This document shows, piece by piece, positions 19,186 to 29,239 of a stretch of DNA of 64,000 nt. Origin of the DNA: Verrucomicrobiales bacterium. Lineage in GTDB: Bacteria > Verrucomicrobiota > Verrucomicrobiia > Limisphaerales > UBA1100. The stretch's first letter is position 1, and each line of letters opens with the position of its first letter. The stretch is taken from the NCBI GenBank assembly GCA_038139415.1, contig JAYOSV010000003.1, positions 52,700 to 116,699 on the forward strand, in the 5' to 3' direction. The position numbers and the translations under genes were made by a program. A model generated the notes under the pieces. That model saw only the letters and a list, made by a program, of their open reading frames with translations, searched no databases and was not told the origin of the DNA.

Positions 19186-20787
19186 ATGAAAAAACTGATT
19201 TTTCTCCTCACCCTATTGGTGTCGCTGAATGTTTCCGCCAAGGATAAGCGCCCGAACATTCTGTTTGTGTTCAGTGATGACCACGCCACGCACGCCATTG
19301 GCGCGTACAATGGCTGGTTGAAGGCAGTGAATCCCACGCCGGAAATCGACAAGCTGGCTAAGGACGGCATGTTGTTCGAGAAAAGTTTTTGTTCCAACTC
19401 CATTTGCGGTCCGAGCCGCGCGGTGATCATGAGCGGCAAGCACAGCCACAAGAATGGGTTCATGAATAACGGCAACACCTTTAACTGGAACCAGCAGATC
19501 TTCCCGAAGCTGCTCCAGAAGGTCGGCTATCAAACGGCCATTTATGGCAAGAGCCATCTTAAGGGCAATCCGCAGGGGTTCGATGATTGGAAGGTGCTGC
19601 CGGGGCAGGGGCTGTACTACAATCCGGATTTCTTTACGCCCGAGGGCAAGGTGCGCATCGACGGCCACGCGACGGATGTGGTGACGGATCTCGCGGTGGA
19701 TTGGCTGAAGAAAAAGCGGTCCGACGACAAGCCCTTCATGCTCATGGTGCAGCACAAGGCGCCGCACCGCGCCTGGATGCCGGCATTGCGCCATCTGAAG
19801 CTCTATAACGACATCGACATTCCCGAGCCCGACACGCTCTTTGACAACTATAAGGACAACGCCCCTGGCGCCCGACATCAGGAGATGGAGATTGATCGGC
19901 ACATGGATCCGAACTATGACCTGTTTGTAGATCTCACCGCCGACTTTGCCGGCACGCCGATTCAAAAGCGGCAAGACCGCTCCGCGCGTGGCAACATGAC
20001 CCGGATGAACGAGGCGCAAATGAAAGCGTGGCGCGCCCATTACGGCCCGCGCGATGAGGCCTTCCACAAAGCGAATCTTAAGGGTAAAGATTTGGTCCGT
20101 TGGAAATTCCAGCGTTACGCGAAAAACTATCTGCGCTGCGTTAAGGGTGTGGACGAAAGCGTCGGCCGCCTGCGCGCCACGCTCAAGGAGCTGGACCTCG
20201 ACGACAACACTGTCGTCATTTATAGCTCCGATCAGGGCTTCTACATTGGCGACCACGGCTGGTACGACAAACGCTGGATGTACGAGGAATCACTGAAGAT
20301 GCCCTTCATCGTTAGCTGGCCGGGCGTCACCAAATCGGGTTCACGGGATCATCATCTCATCCAGAACATCGACTATGCCGAGACGTTTCTCGAGATTGCC
20401 GGCGCAAAGATTCCCGGCGACATGCAGGGCCGTTCCCTCGTGCCGCTGCTCAAGGGCCAGAGCCCCAAGAACTGGCGCACCAGCATTTACTATCACTACT
20501 ACGAATACCCCAGCTTCCACATGGTGCCTCGACACTACGGCATCCGCACCGAGCGTTACAAGTTGATGCACTTCTACCGCTTCGGGAACGAGTGGGAAAT
20601 GTACGATCTGCAGAAGGATCCCGATGAGCTGACCAACCTGTATGGTCAACTCGGCCAGGCCAAGCTCACCGCCGATCTCAAGAAACAACTCTACGCCCTT
20701 CAGAAACACTACGGCGACGAAAGCGACCTGAGCGAGATGCCCAAGGAGTGGAAAGACAAGGTCCGGCCGGGTACGGCGCAAAAATAA
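19186..20787 (+). CDS. Formylglycine-dependent (S1) sulfatase, secreted
   Basis: PNILF.FSDDH, C-G-P-S-R (CxPxR), HKAPH, SDQG...G.HGW.DKR, YD...DP.E. Confidence 0.95.
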   Translation: MKKLIFLLTLLVSLNVSAKDKRPNILFVFSDDHATHAIGAYNGWLKAVNPTPEIDKLAKDGMLFEKSFCSNSICGPSRAVIMSGKHSHKNGFMNNGNTFNWNQQIFPKLLQKVGYQTAIYGKSHLKGNPQGFDDWKVLPGQGLYYNPDFFTPEGKVRIDGHATDVVTDLAVDWLKKKRSDDKPFMLMVQHKAPHRAWMPALRHLKLYNDIDIPEPDTLFDNYKDNAPGARHQEMEIDRHMDPNYDLFVDLTADFAGTPIQKRQDRSARGNMTRMNEAQMKAWRAHYGPRDEAFHKANLKGKDLVRWKFQRYAKNYLRCVKGVDESVGRLRATLKELDLDDNTVVIYSSDQGFYIGDHGWYDKRWMYEESLKMPFIVSWPGVTKSGSRDHHLIQNIDYAETFLEIAGAKIPGDMQGRSLVPLLKGQSPKNWRTSIYYHYYEYPSFHMVPRHYGIRTERYKLMHFYRFGNEWEMYDLQKDPDELTNLYGQLGQAKLTADLKKQLYALQKHYGDESDLSEMPKEWKDKVRPGTAQK

Positions 20788-20791
20788 GCGG

Positions 20792-21784
20792 TCAGCTCAC
20801 GCCGTTCACTACATTATCTAGGCGCTTGCCTTGGATCGCCTCCTTGGCGATGCGGGCGGAGGTGGTGCGCATCTCGATCATCCCTTCGCGACTGCAAAAT
20901 GCCGCGTGACAGGTGGCAATGAGATTCGGCGTGCTGGCTTCGGTTTGGGTCTTGAGCGGTTCATCCTCAATCACATCCAGCCCCGCGCCGGCAATCGTAC
21001 CCTTCTTTAACGCCGCCAGCACCGCCTTTTTTTTCACGATTCCCCCACGCGCGGTGTTCACGAGATAGGCGGTGGGTTTCATCTGGGTCAGCTCCGGTTC
21101 AGCAATCAGATAATGCGTCTCGTCATTGAGCGGGCAGTGGATGGACACAACATCGGATTGCTTCAGCAGCTTAGCCAACGAATCCATGCGCTCGATGCCG
21201 AGTGCCTTGTGGACGCCGTTGGGCAGGTGCGGATCAAAAAATACCACGTGAAAGCCCAGCGCTTTGGCGCGCAACGCCGCCGCCGTGCCGATGCGCCCGA
21301 GCCCAATCACGCCAAAGGTCAGCGTGCTGGTGCGGCGCAGCTTATCCTTGGCCACCAGCTTCCATCCCGGCCGCTTGGCCTCGGCATCTAACGGAAAAAG
21401 CTGGCGCGTGAGCGCCAGCGATAAAGCGATGGCATGATCGGCTACTTCCTCCGTGCCATAGTCGGGCACATTACATACGGGAATTTCGCGCGCTGCCGCC
21501 GCGGTGATGTCGACGGAATCAAATCCCACACCATTGCGGATCAGGGCTCGACAACGTTTCAGTCGGTCCAGTGTACGTTCGGTGATCAGCGTGTTCTGCC
21601 AGACAATCAGCGCGTCGGCACCCAGTATTTCCGGCGTGAAATCCGCTTCGGTATCGATCAGGTAATACTTCGTGCGCACGCCCTTGCCGAGCACCTTGGC
21701 TTCGAGATCCACGCCACAGTTGCTGGCGGGCGCGGTTTTCCAGTCGAGCACCGCCACCAGCGGTTTGCGTTTGGCGGCCTGCAT
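20792..21784 (-). CDS. D-2-hydroxyacid dehydrogenase, CtBP-like
   Basis: GVGFD, NVPDYGTEEVADH, GLGRIG, HCPL, NTARG, LDV...EP, HAAF. Confidence 0.92.
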   Translation of the reverse strand: MQAAKRKPLVAVLDWKTAPASNCGVDLEAKVLGKGVRTKYYLIDTEADFTPEILGADALIVWQNTLITERTLDRLKRCRALIRNGVGFDSVDITAAAAREIPVCNVPDYGTEEVADHAIALSLALTRQLFPLDAEAKRPGWKLVAKDKLRRTSTLTFGVIGLGRIGTAAALRAKALGFHVVFFDPHLPNGVHKALGIERMDSLAKLLKQSDVVSIHCPLNDETHYLIAEPELTQMKPTAYLVNTARGGIVKKKAVLAALKKGTIAGAGLDVIEDEPLKTQTEASTPNLIATCHAAFCSREGMIEMRTTSARIAKEAIQGKRLDNVVNGVS

Positions 21785-22917
21785 TATTTGCCTTTGCGCA
21801 GCTCAATCATCGTCTTGCCGAATGCCCGGCCGATGCGGGTGAAGGTAATTGTACTTCCGAGATAATGATAGGGGCGATCGGAGCCAATGCGTTTCCACGC
21901 CTCGAAATTATCTCGCCATGTAGGGTAGGCGGCATCCGCTTTTTTATCCCAATAGATATCAGTGGGAATGGCTTTCACGTTACCCTCGAAATCGGCGATC
22001 TTGTTCATCGAGTATTGCGCGGCTTTCACAACGGCCATATTGCCCTGAGCTTCCTTGAAGCCGTTCTGCCCCATGAGTCCAATCACCACTGGTAAGTTGG
22101 GAGCCTTGAGATCCTTACGGACGTCGCGGATAAGGTTCTCCATGTTTTTTGCGTACTGCTGTGGAAATGGGCCGTACATATCATTCCAACCTTGAAACCA
22201 AACAAATCCTGCCAGTTCATAACCGCGTCCGTCATAATTTGGGAAGCGCTGTTTGAGCTCCTTAAGATTTACAGTAATCTCTTCCATCATTAGGCGATAG
22301 AAATGGCCGTGGCTTTCGATGACTTGCTTGCGGTAATCCTCGCCTTTTTCCTTGAGGATAGAGTCTTTAGTGATTTTAAGCTGCGCCTCGATTTCCTGAC
22401 GGGTGATCTTGGGATTATCTTTTTTCGCTTTGTTCATAGCGTTCCGCACTAGATTATTATAATCGCGATTGACCATGCTTTCGACAAACTCATTGAGTTC
22501 CTCTTTGCCCGGCAAACCAGAACTGGGCGGTCGGAAATCGCGTCCAATGCTTTTACCACCCCACGCGGTCTTAATAATTAGAACCGGCTCCTCGTAGTGA
22601 TTGCCTACCACATGGCCAAACTCTAGTTCCGGACCAATCTTACCCGGTGAACCAAAGCCCACCGTTAACCGCCCGCGTCGGTTCAGAAAATTAATCCAAA
22701 CATCTTCTCGTTCGATGTATTTTCCGTTTTTATGAAAGTGCGCAAAAAACTCTTTCGTCTCCGGTGCTTTGATCTGGTGGTTTAGCAACGGATCAATGCC
22801 GCCTTTACCTTCCATGTTTGATTGCCCTGCAAGAATGAAGACCTTAACGGGTTTCTTGTTTGCTGCTTGGGAGCTTATGGCGGTCAATAGTATGAGTGAG
22901 AGAAGGATGTTTTTCAT
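21784..22917 (-). CDS. SGNH/sialate O-acetylesterase-like (SASA) protein, secreted
   Basis: VFILAGQSNMEG, GPE..FG, KTAWGGKS, WFQGWND, YHYLGS; charged helical insertion. Confidence 0.88.
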   Translation of the reverse strand: MKNILLSLILLTAISSQAANKKPVKVFILAGQSNMEGKGGIDPLLNHQIKAPETKEFFAHFHKNGKYIEREDVWINFLNRRGRLTVGFGSPGKIGPELEFGHVVGNHYEEPVLIIKTAWGGKSIGRDFRPPSSGLPGKEELNEFVESMVNRDYNNLVRNAMNKAKKDNPKITRQEIEAQLKITKDSILKEKGEDYRKQVIESHGHFYRLMMEEITVNLKELKQRFPNYDGRGYELAGFVWFQGWNDMYGPFPQQYAKNMENLIRDVRKDLKAPNLPVVIGLMGQNGFKEAQGNMAVVKAAQYSMNKIADFEGNVKAIPTDIYWDKKADAAYPTWRDNFEAWKRIGSDRPYHYLGSTITFTRIGRAFGKTMIELRKGK

Positions 22918-22926
22918 AAAATCAAA

Positions 22927-24339
22927 TTAAGCCAGTAAATCTTTGATTACGTGGCCATGGACATTGGTAAGCCGACGTTCGATCCCGTTGTGGTAGAAGG
23001 TGAGGCGTTCGTGATCCATCCCGAGGAGGTGTAGGACAGTGGCGTGAAAGTCGTACCAGTGTACGCGTTGATCAACGGTCTTCCAGCCGATTTCGTCGGT
23101 GTTACCGTAACTGATGCCTCCTTTTACGCCACCACCGGCCATCCAGAGACTGAACCCATACATGTTATGATCGCGGCCGGTACCGAGTTTGTTGCCGTCG
23201 GTTTGGGTAAAGGGCGTCCGACCAAATTCACTAGTGAATAGGATAAGGGTGTCCTCAAGCATTCCGCGGGCCTTTAGATCCTTGATTAAGGCGGCGACCG
23301 GCTGGTCTATTCGGGTGGCTTCCCGGTTATGGTTGCGGCGCATATCCTCGTGTCCATCCCAGTTGATGCGTGGAGAACCAAAGGATCCGCCTGAGATGAG
23401 CTGTACAAAGCGTACACCTTTTTCGAGCAACCGCCGAGTCATCAGGCAATTGCGACCAAAGTCTTTGGTTTCGTCTTTATTAAGGCCGTAGTTGTTACGG
23501 GTGGCTGCGCTTTCACGGTTCAGGTCGGCGATTTCAGGAATGGTCAGTTGCATGCGGGCAGCCAGTTCATGGCTTTTCATACGGGCAATAAGTGCGTCTT
23601 CAGTACCGAAATTTTCCTGATCATCGGCATTTAAGGCCGCTAACAACTTGCGGCTGGCTGCTTCGGTGCCTGGGGCGATTGGCTGGGCCGGCTTGAGGTC
23701 GGGAATAATAGTTTCTCCATTGCCAAAGGCCACCCCTTGATGTGCGGAGGATAGGAAGCCATTGGACCAGTTGATGGTTCCACCGGCAGGGTAGCCGCGA
23801 GTATCGGGTAACACCACATAAGTGGGTAGGTTTTCTGTCTCGGCACCTAGCCCATAGGAAACCCATGAGCCCATTACAGGAAAGCCGTTTAACTGAAACC
23901 CTGTGAGTTCCTCAAAAGTCGCTGGGGTGTGATTAGCCGAAGTGCCAACCATGGATCGAACAACGGCTAATTCATCGGCACAGGTAGCAATGTGTGGGAA
24001 CAGATCTGAAATCCATAAACCGCTCTGTCCGTGTTGACGAAATTCCCAGTCGTTCTTCCGGATAAGCCCAATTCGATTGAAGAACGTGGCGGGCCGTTCC
24101 GTGTACTGAAGCGGTTTGCCATGTGCTTTGGCGAGGTCCGGTTTGTAGTCAAATGAATCGAGATGGCTAAGCCCGCCCATCAACACTACATGCACCACTC
24201 GTTTAGCTTTGGCAGGGAAATGGTTGACCGTTTGCGGGGTCGCCTGCACAAGGTTTGTGAGCGCCGCCCCTGTAAGGCCCCAAGTAGACCATTCCAGCAT
24301 CTCTCGCCTAGAAAGGGAATGAGGGAGAGACACTTTCAT
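22927..24339 (-). CDS. DUF1501 domain protein with Tat signal
   Basis: SRREML, GGLSH.DSFDYKP, WDGH, EFGRTP, GRDH, D.HAT.LHL.G, RLT.VHG. Confidence 0.92.
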   Translation of the reverse strand: MKVSLPHSLSRREMLEWSTWGLTGAALTNLVQATPQTVNHFPAKAKRVVHVVLMGGLSHLDSFDYKPDLAKAHGKPLQYTERPATFFNRIGLIRKNDWEFRQHGQSGLWISDLFPHIATCADELAVVRSMVGTSANHTPATFEELTGFQLNGFPVMGSWVSYGLGAETENLPTYVVLPDTRGYPAGGTINWSNGFLSSAHQGVAFGNGETIIPDLKPAQPIAPGTEAASRKLLAALNADDQENFGTEDALIARMKSHELAARMQLTIPEIADLNRESAATRNNYGLNKDETKDFGRNCLMTRRLLEKGVRFVQLISGGSFGSPRINWDGHEDMRRNHNREATRIDQPVAALIKDLKARGMLEDTLILFTSEFGRTPFTQTDGNKLGTGRDHNMYGFSLWMAGGGVKGGISYGNTDEIGWKTVDQRVHWYDFHATVLHLLGMDHERLTFYHNGIERRLTNVHGHVIKDLLA

Positions 24340-24361
24340 CGCATCTATTGGATGCGGGTAC

Positions 24362-24583
24362 TTATCCGCAGCAAGACCCTGTAGCTGTCGAGCAGCAACT
24401 GCTGCTTCCAGAAGCTCCGCCTTTGGGTGAGACTGAAATCCCCCCCGAAATGACCCGGCGCACGGGCTGACCTGTTTGAGGATGCTCCGTTAGAGGAGCA
24501 TCTTTCATCCACTGCCAATATTCAAAACGGGTTGGCTTATCAGACGCACGTCGAGGAACTGTTTCGTAGACGTAGGTTGGCAC
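24362..24583 (-). CDS. FmdB-like zinc-ribbon family small protein (Cys-less ribbon variant, C-terminal CC...CC)
   Basis: GTG start at 24583: MPTYVYE...FE..Q.MKDAPLTEHP.TG.PVRRVISGG...SCCSTATGSCCG. Confidence 0.75.
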   Translation of the reverse strand: MPTYVYETVPRRASDKPTRFEYWQWMKDAPLTEHPQTGQPVRRVISGGISVSPKGGASGSSSCCSTATGSCCG

Positions 24584-24596
24584 GAGAGACGTAATA

Positions 24597-24953
24597 TTAG
24601 TTGGTTTTGGTTTCTTCTTCGCTGACTTCTTTCGAATCACTCTCATTACCTGCTTCAACTGAATCATCTTTTATCTCAGACTCTTCCAAACCATCTTTTT
24701 CAGCGGAGTCCTCTGAAGCGCCTTCCTCAGTCGTGTCAGCTGCAGTAGCTTCCTCACCAGCTTCTTTTGTTTCGGGTTCTTTGTTTACTAATTCAGTGCC
24801 ACTTTCGCAGTGCTCACATTTTTCGCACTCACCGGCTGCTTTATCAAACTCTCCACCAACCTGACTAACGAGTGCTTCGCTGCATGCGGTAAATAGCGCG
24901 ACCGCGATAATAACTACACCCAAGGATTTTGCTGTATGTAACATCATGGGCAA
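24597..24953 (-). CDS. Hypothetical lipoprotein with CxxCxxC and acidic low-complexity tail
   Basis: Hydrophobic stretch plus FTAC lipobox-like, CEKCEHC, Glu-rich tail. Confidence 0.65.
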   Translation of the reverse strand: MPMMLHTAKSLGVVIIAVALFTACSEALVSQVGGEFDKAAGECEKCEHCESGTELVNKEPETKEAGEEATAADTTEEGASEDSAEKDGLEESEIKDDSVEAGNESDSKEVSEEETKTN

Positions 24954-25056
24954 ATCGTCTCACAAACCTGAAAAATCGCAACTAATCAATCGCACCAAAA
25001 TTTGACCAGAAAGAATATCCAGAGATTCGAGAGAGCGAAACAGCCAGGGGGCAGTT

Positions 25057-27771
25057 TTATCTTACGTATAAAAACGCATTGGTATTCAGTAGAACTCGGC
25101 AATAAGCCGCCATTCCGTGCTTTTTTACAAAAGCTTCAGCCAATGTAAATTGGTTGGGTGCCAGTGCACGACTTAGCGTAAGCTCGTGGGCCAATCGTAG
25201 TTGGGAAGTAATATCATCACCGGTCTGATTGGCTAGTCGCTCGGCAAATAGTGCTGATTGGCTGAGCACAAAGCGATTATTCATCAGGGCAAGTGATTGC
25301 AGTGGAGTAGTGGTGGAGGCGCGGTTGGGGGCAAGAGCCGAGGAATCGGGGCAGTCAAAGGTGTCCAGTAGATTACGTTGTGCTCCACGCGGGCTAAAAC
25401 GGTAGATGGTGCGGCGAAACTGCTCTGGTTTATCCTGTGCGATGATATCGTAAAAGTTACTTCCTTTAAATTGATAAGCGCGTACATCACGATAGCCGAT
25501 ACCACCAAGCTGACGGTCGAGTTTGCCAGAGGCGACTAGCATAGTATCGCGCATTTCTTCGGCGGTCATACGACGCGGACTCATTCTCCAGAGCAGCCGG
25601 TTGTCAGCATCTACTCTCATAGCGGCGGGCAGGGGTTGCGAGTTCTGTTTATAGGTTGCCGAGGTAACGATGTAGCGGTGGAGCGCTTTGATGCTCCATT
25701 TTTTTTGCGCAAAATATGTGGCCAAGTGATCGAGCAGGGCGGGGTGTGAAGGAGCGGTGCCGCTATATCCAAAGTCATTGGGTGTATTTACCAGCCCTGC
25801 ACCAAAATGGTAATGCCAAATGCGATTGGCCATCACGCGAGCAAAGAGAGGGTTATCCGGATGAGTAATCCATTCTGCAAGTTTAGCGCGGCGCTGGGCA
25901 TCCGGTGCGTTATCGGCCAATCCAAAGTTCGCATTAATGGTTTTTAATGCAGGCAGGCCAGCTGGCGCTACAGGGCCAATGGGATTGCGTACGTTACCGC
26001 GATTCAGGACTTGCGTTACTCCAGGGTTACGCGCGAGGACCGTATACACCTTGCCTGCCTGTGGACCTTTGGCTAGTAGGGCGCTGATATCCTTTCGCAC
26101 GCCTACTAATTGGCGGGTGGCTTGTCGGCGTGTTTCAAGCTGATCGGGTGTGAGGGCTTCGGTGAGTTGTGCCTTTGTGATGGTAATGGTGCCTAAGCCG
26201 GCTGAAGCGGTCACTTCGTTCGCATTGAGGGCGCGGTTGTAAAAACGGGCGCCCGTGATCGTGCCGGTGAGCATACGGTTGCTACCTAGGGCGGTGCCAT
26301 GGCGGATGCCAAAGGCAAAATGGGCATCATTTGCAGGGTAACGATGAAAGCCGGTTGTGTATGTTTTACCGTAAAGTTTTCCATTGCGGTAGCCGGTAAT
26401 GGAGCCATCGGCACGGTAGACGGTGGCGAAGTGGACTACTTGCTGTTCGGCTTCGGTCTCCTCAGTACCGCCAAAGGATTTTGTGCGCACAAACCCATTA
26501 CTGCCGGCCATCCAACGCTTTGCCTCGCGCTCTCCGTACACGATAGAATCGAACACGCCACCCGAATTATTTTGTAGCGTGATAGCGCCTCCTCCACGCT
26601 GTTTAAGGTCTTTCAACTTTACCCAAACCTCTAGCGTTTTCTCAGCCACGGCGTAGGGAAGGGGTGCGGTGACGGCCCAGCCTTTGCCGTTGAGCACCAA
26701 TCCCTCGGGCGTTTGCTTGGCCGTCCCCTTTAAAGTGACGGGGAGTTTGTCCTGGGCATCTGCCAGATCATCGGTGAAATTCCACGCCGCAGTTGGTTGG
26801 GGTGGGGTATTCTTCTGCTCGGATTTATCGGCTTCTTTGAGTAGTCGTTCACGCACAGGTTTCTCAACTGCAGCGATCTCCTTCAGCCAGACGTTCTCCT
26901 GTTCGCGTAGTTTTTTTAATGCGGCAACACCGTCTCCTCGCGTCAGTCCTTTTAACTCCCGGTCTCCTGGGTTTACTCCGGCTAAGGCAGCGGCCAAGGC
27001 GTAGTAATCCTGTTGTGAAATGGGGTCAAACTTATGGTCGTGACAGCGTGCGCAGTTGACAGTTAACCCGAGGAAAGTCTGGCCAACCATGCCGACGAGA
27101 TCCTCTATCTCATCCTGGCGCATGGTTTTGCGCATGGTATCATTATTGGGGCGGGTGGTATTGTGTGGTCCGGTGACCAGGCAGGCAACGGCGATCAGTC
27201 CGTCGGCCAAGCCGGGTGCAATCACATCTCCGGCAATTTGCATTTGCACAAATCTATCGTAGGGCAGGTCGTCATTCAGTGCACGGATCACCCAATTACG
27301 ATAAGGCCAGGAATTGTTGCGTGGCTGGTTATATTCAAAGCCGTGGCTCTCGCCATAGTGTACTACATCCAGCCAATGTCGTGCCCAGCGTTCGCCGTAA
27401 TGTGGGGAAGCGAGGAGTCGGTTGACCACTTTTTCATAGGCATCGGGAGTTTGGTCCTCGACGTAGGCTTTCACTTCAGTCGGTGAGGGAGGGAGACCGG
27501 TGAGGTCATAACTTAGTCGGCGGATCAAAGTTCGCCGGTCGGCTTGTGATGAGGGTGTTAGTTGGTTTTCTTTAAGCTTAGCCAACACAAAAGCATCGAT
27601 GGAATTATGAACCCATTTTTGGTTTGCTGATTGCGGGACTAGTGGCTTTTGAATGGCTTGAAGCGACCACCAATTTTCATCGGCTTTGTCTGCACCCCAT
27701 GAAGGACTGACGAACAACAAGCCTACTGCAAACAGTATCTTAAGCAATGATGTCTTTGATAACTTCGCCAT
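25057..27771 (-). CDS. DUF1549/DUF1553 protein with central LamG-like domain; lacks the N-terminal cytochrome c domain
   Basis: LIRRL..DLTGLPP, YGERWARHWLD, CARCHDHKFDP, TLEVWV..Y.NG...RFYNRAL (LamG-like), NP.FARV..NR.W, P.Q.L.LMN. Exact start uncertain. Confidence 0.9.
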   Translation of the reverse strand: MAKLSKTSLLKILFAVGLLFVSPSWGADKADENWWSLQAIQKPLVPQSANQKWVHNSIDAFVLAKLKENQLTPSSQADRRTLIRRLSYDLTGLPPSPTEVKAYVEDQTPDAYEKVVNRLLASPHYGERWARHWLDVVHYGESHGFEYNQPRNNSWPYRNWVIRALNDDLPYDRFVQMQIAGDVIAPGLADGLIAVACLVTGPHNTTRPNNDTMRKTMRQDEIEDLVGMVGQTFLGLTVNCARCHDHKFDPISQQDYYALAAALAGVNPGDRELKGLTRGDGVAALKKLREQENVWLKEIAAVEKPVRERLLKEADKSEQKNTPPQPTAAWNFTDDLADAQDKLPVTLKGTAKQTPEGLVLNGKGWAVTAPLPYAVAEKTLEVWVKLKDLKQRGGGAITLQNNSGGVFDSIVYGEREAKRWMAGSNGFVRTKSFGGTEETEAEQQVVHFATVYRADGSITGYRNGKLYGKTYTTGFHRYPANDAHFAFGIRHGTALGSNRMLTGTITGARFYNRALNANEVTASAGLGTITITKAQLTEALTPDQLETRRQATRQLVGVRKDISALLAKGPQAGKVYTVLARNPGVTQVLNRGNVRNPIGPVAPAGLPALKTINANFGLADNAPDAQRRAKLAEWITHPDNPLFARVMANRIWHYHFGAGLVNTPNDFGYSGTAPSHPALLDHLATYFAQKKWSIKALHRYIVTSATYKQNSQPLPAAMRVDADNRLLWRMSPRRMTAEEMRDTMLVASGKLDRQLGGIGYRDVRAYQFKGSNFYDIIAQDKPEQFRRTIYRFSPRGAQRNLLDTFDCPDSSALAPNRASTTTPLQSLALMNNRFVLSQSALFAERLANQTGDDITSQLRLAHELTLSRALAPNQFTLAEAFVKKHGMAAYCRVLLNTNAFLYVR

Positions 27772-29161
27772 GGACGTCGGTGAGCCGCATGTCGCGGCTG
27801 CTGAAGCGGATGGTGAGCTTGGTGTGATCCATGCCCAGCAGGTGCAGCATGGTGGCGTGCAGGTCGTGGATCTCGAGGCGTTTATCGACAGCCTTGTAGC
27901 CGTACTCGTCGGTGCCGCCGTAGACGGTGCCTCCTTTTACACCGCCGCCGGCCATCCAGAGGCTGAAGCCGAAGGGGTTATGATCGCGGCCATTGTTGCC
28001 TTGCGCAAACGGCGTGCGGCCGAATTCGCCCATCCAGACAAGCAACGTACTGTCGAGCAGACCGCGGGTTTCGAGGTCGGCCAAAAGCGCGGCGATGGGT
28101 TGGTCGACGGACTTGGCATTTTTTTCGTGGCCGTCCTTGAGCCCGCCGTGTTGATCCCAGCGATCGCCATTGCCACCGGGGCAGGTGAGTTGAATGAACC
28201 GCACGCCGCGCTCCACCAGCCGGCGGGCGATGAGGCAGTTACGGCCGAATGTGCCGGTGTTGCGGAATTCCGCGTCGAGGCCGTAATTCTTTTTGGTTTG
28301 CTCGGTCTCGCCCTTGAGATCCATCAGCTCCGGCACGGCCGCCTGCATGCGGAAGGCCAGTTCTTGATTTGCGATGGCCGATTCGATTTGGTCCAGATGT
28401 CCCATGCGATCGATTACGCCGGTGTCGAGTTTGCGAATAAGGTCCAGCTTGTTTTGCTGCAGCGCGGGAGTAGCCTCGGTGCGGCCGATGTTGGCGATTG
28501 GTTTGTCGCCATACTTGAATACGCTGCCCTGGTAGGCCGCGGGCAGAAAGCCGTTGGAAAAACAACCGAGCCCGCCCGGCGGTATGAGGCCGCCATTGAG
28601 CACGATGAAGCCCGGCAGATTTTGGTTGGCCGTGCCCAGGCCGTAGTTGAACCACGAGCCCATGCTCGGTCGGCCCACTTGGCCAAAGCCGGTGTGCAGA
28701 AAATAATTTGCATTGGTATGTTCGGAGAACGCGGAAGTCATCGAGCGGATCACGCATAGTTTATCGGCGTGCCGGGCCACGTGCGGGAAGAGATCGCTGA
28801 TCGGAATACCCGCCTGACCGTAATGCTGAAACTGCCACGGACTGGCGAGCGTTTTGCCGCGGCTGTTAAATTGCGTGGCCTCCATCTTCAGCCCGAACGG
28901 CTGGCCGTGCTCCTTCGTGAGCCGGGGTTTGGGATCGAAGGTATCCACCGAGGACGGGCCACCATCCATGTACAGAAAAATGATGCTCTTGGCCTTGGGC
29001 GTGAAGTGGGGCTGCTTGGGCGCGAGCGAATTCACCGCCTTGCCCCGCGCTTCCTCCGTCAATAACGAAGCCAAGGCTACTCCGCCAAAGCCATTGGCGC
29101 AACGCGCCAGCATATCCCGCCGAGTAAGCGGCGACTGAGAAAATTGACCGCAATGATGCAC
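27740..29161 (-). CDS. DUF1501 domain protein with Tat signal
   Basis: TRRDML, GGPS..DTFDPKP, WDQH, GEFGRTP, GRDH, HDLHAT, RLTDVHG. Confidence 0.92.
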   Translation of the reverse strand: MHHCGQFSQSPLTRRDMLARCANGFGGVALASLLTEEARGKAVNSLAPKQPHFTPKAKSIIFLYMDGGPSSVDTFDPKPRLTKEHGQPFGLKMEATQFNSRGKTLASPWQFQHYGQAGIPISDLFPHVARHADKLCVIRSMTSAFSEHTNANYFLHTGFGQVGRPSMGSWFNYGLGTANQNLPGFIVLNGGLIPPGGLGCFSNGFLPAAYQGSVFKYGDKPIANIGRTEATPALQQNKLDLIRKLDTGVIDRMGHLDQIESAIANQELAFRMQAAVPELMDLKGETEQTKKNYGLDAEFRNTGTFGRNCLIARRLVERGVRFIQLTCPGGNGDRWDQHGGLKDGHEKNAKSVDQPIAALLADLETRGLLDSTLLVWMGEFGRTPFAQGNNGRDHNPFGFSLWMAGGGVKGGTVYGGTDEYGYKAVDKRLEIHDLHATMLHLLGMDHTKLTIRFSSRDMRLTDVHGEVIKDIIA

Positions 29162-29239
29162 GGAGGAATTGTATAGGACTGGTTAGATGGCGCAACGCTG
29201 AAAGCTTGCCAGCGGCGCGGCTGCGGCGTATCAGCAGGG

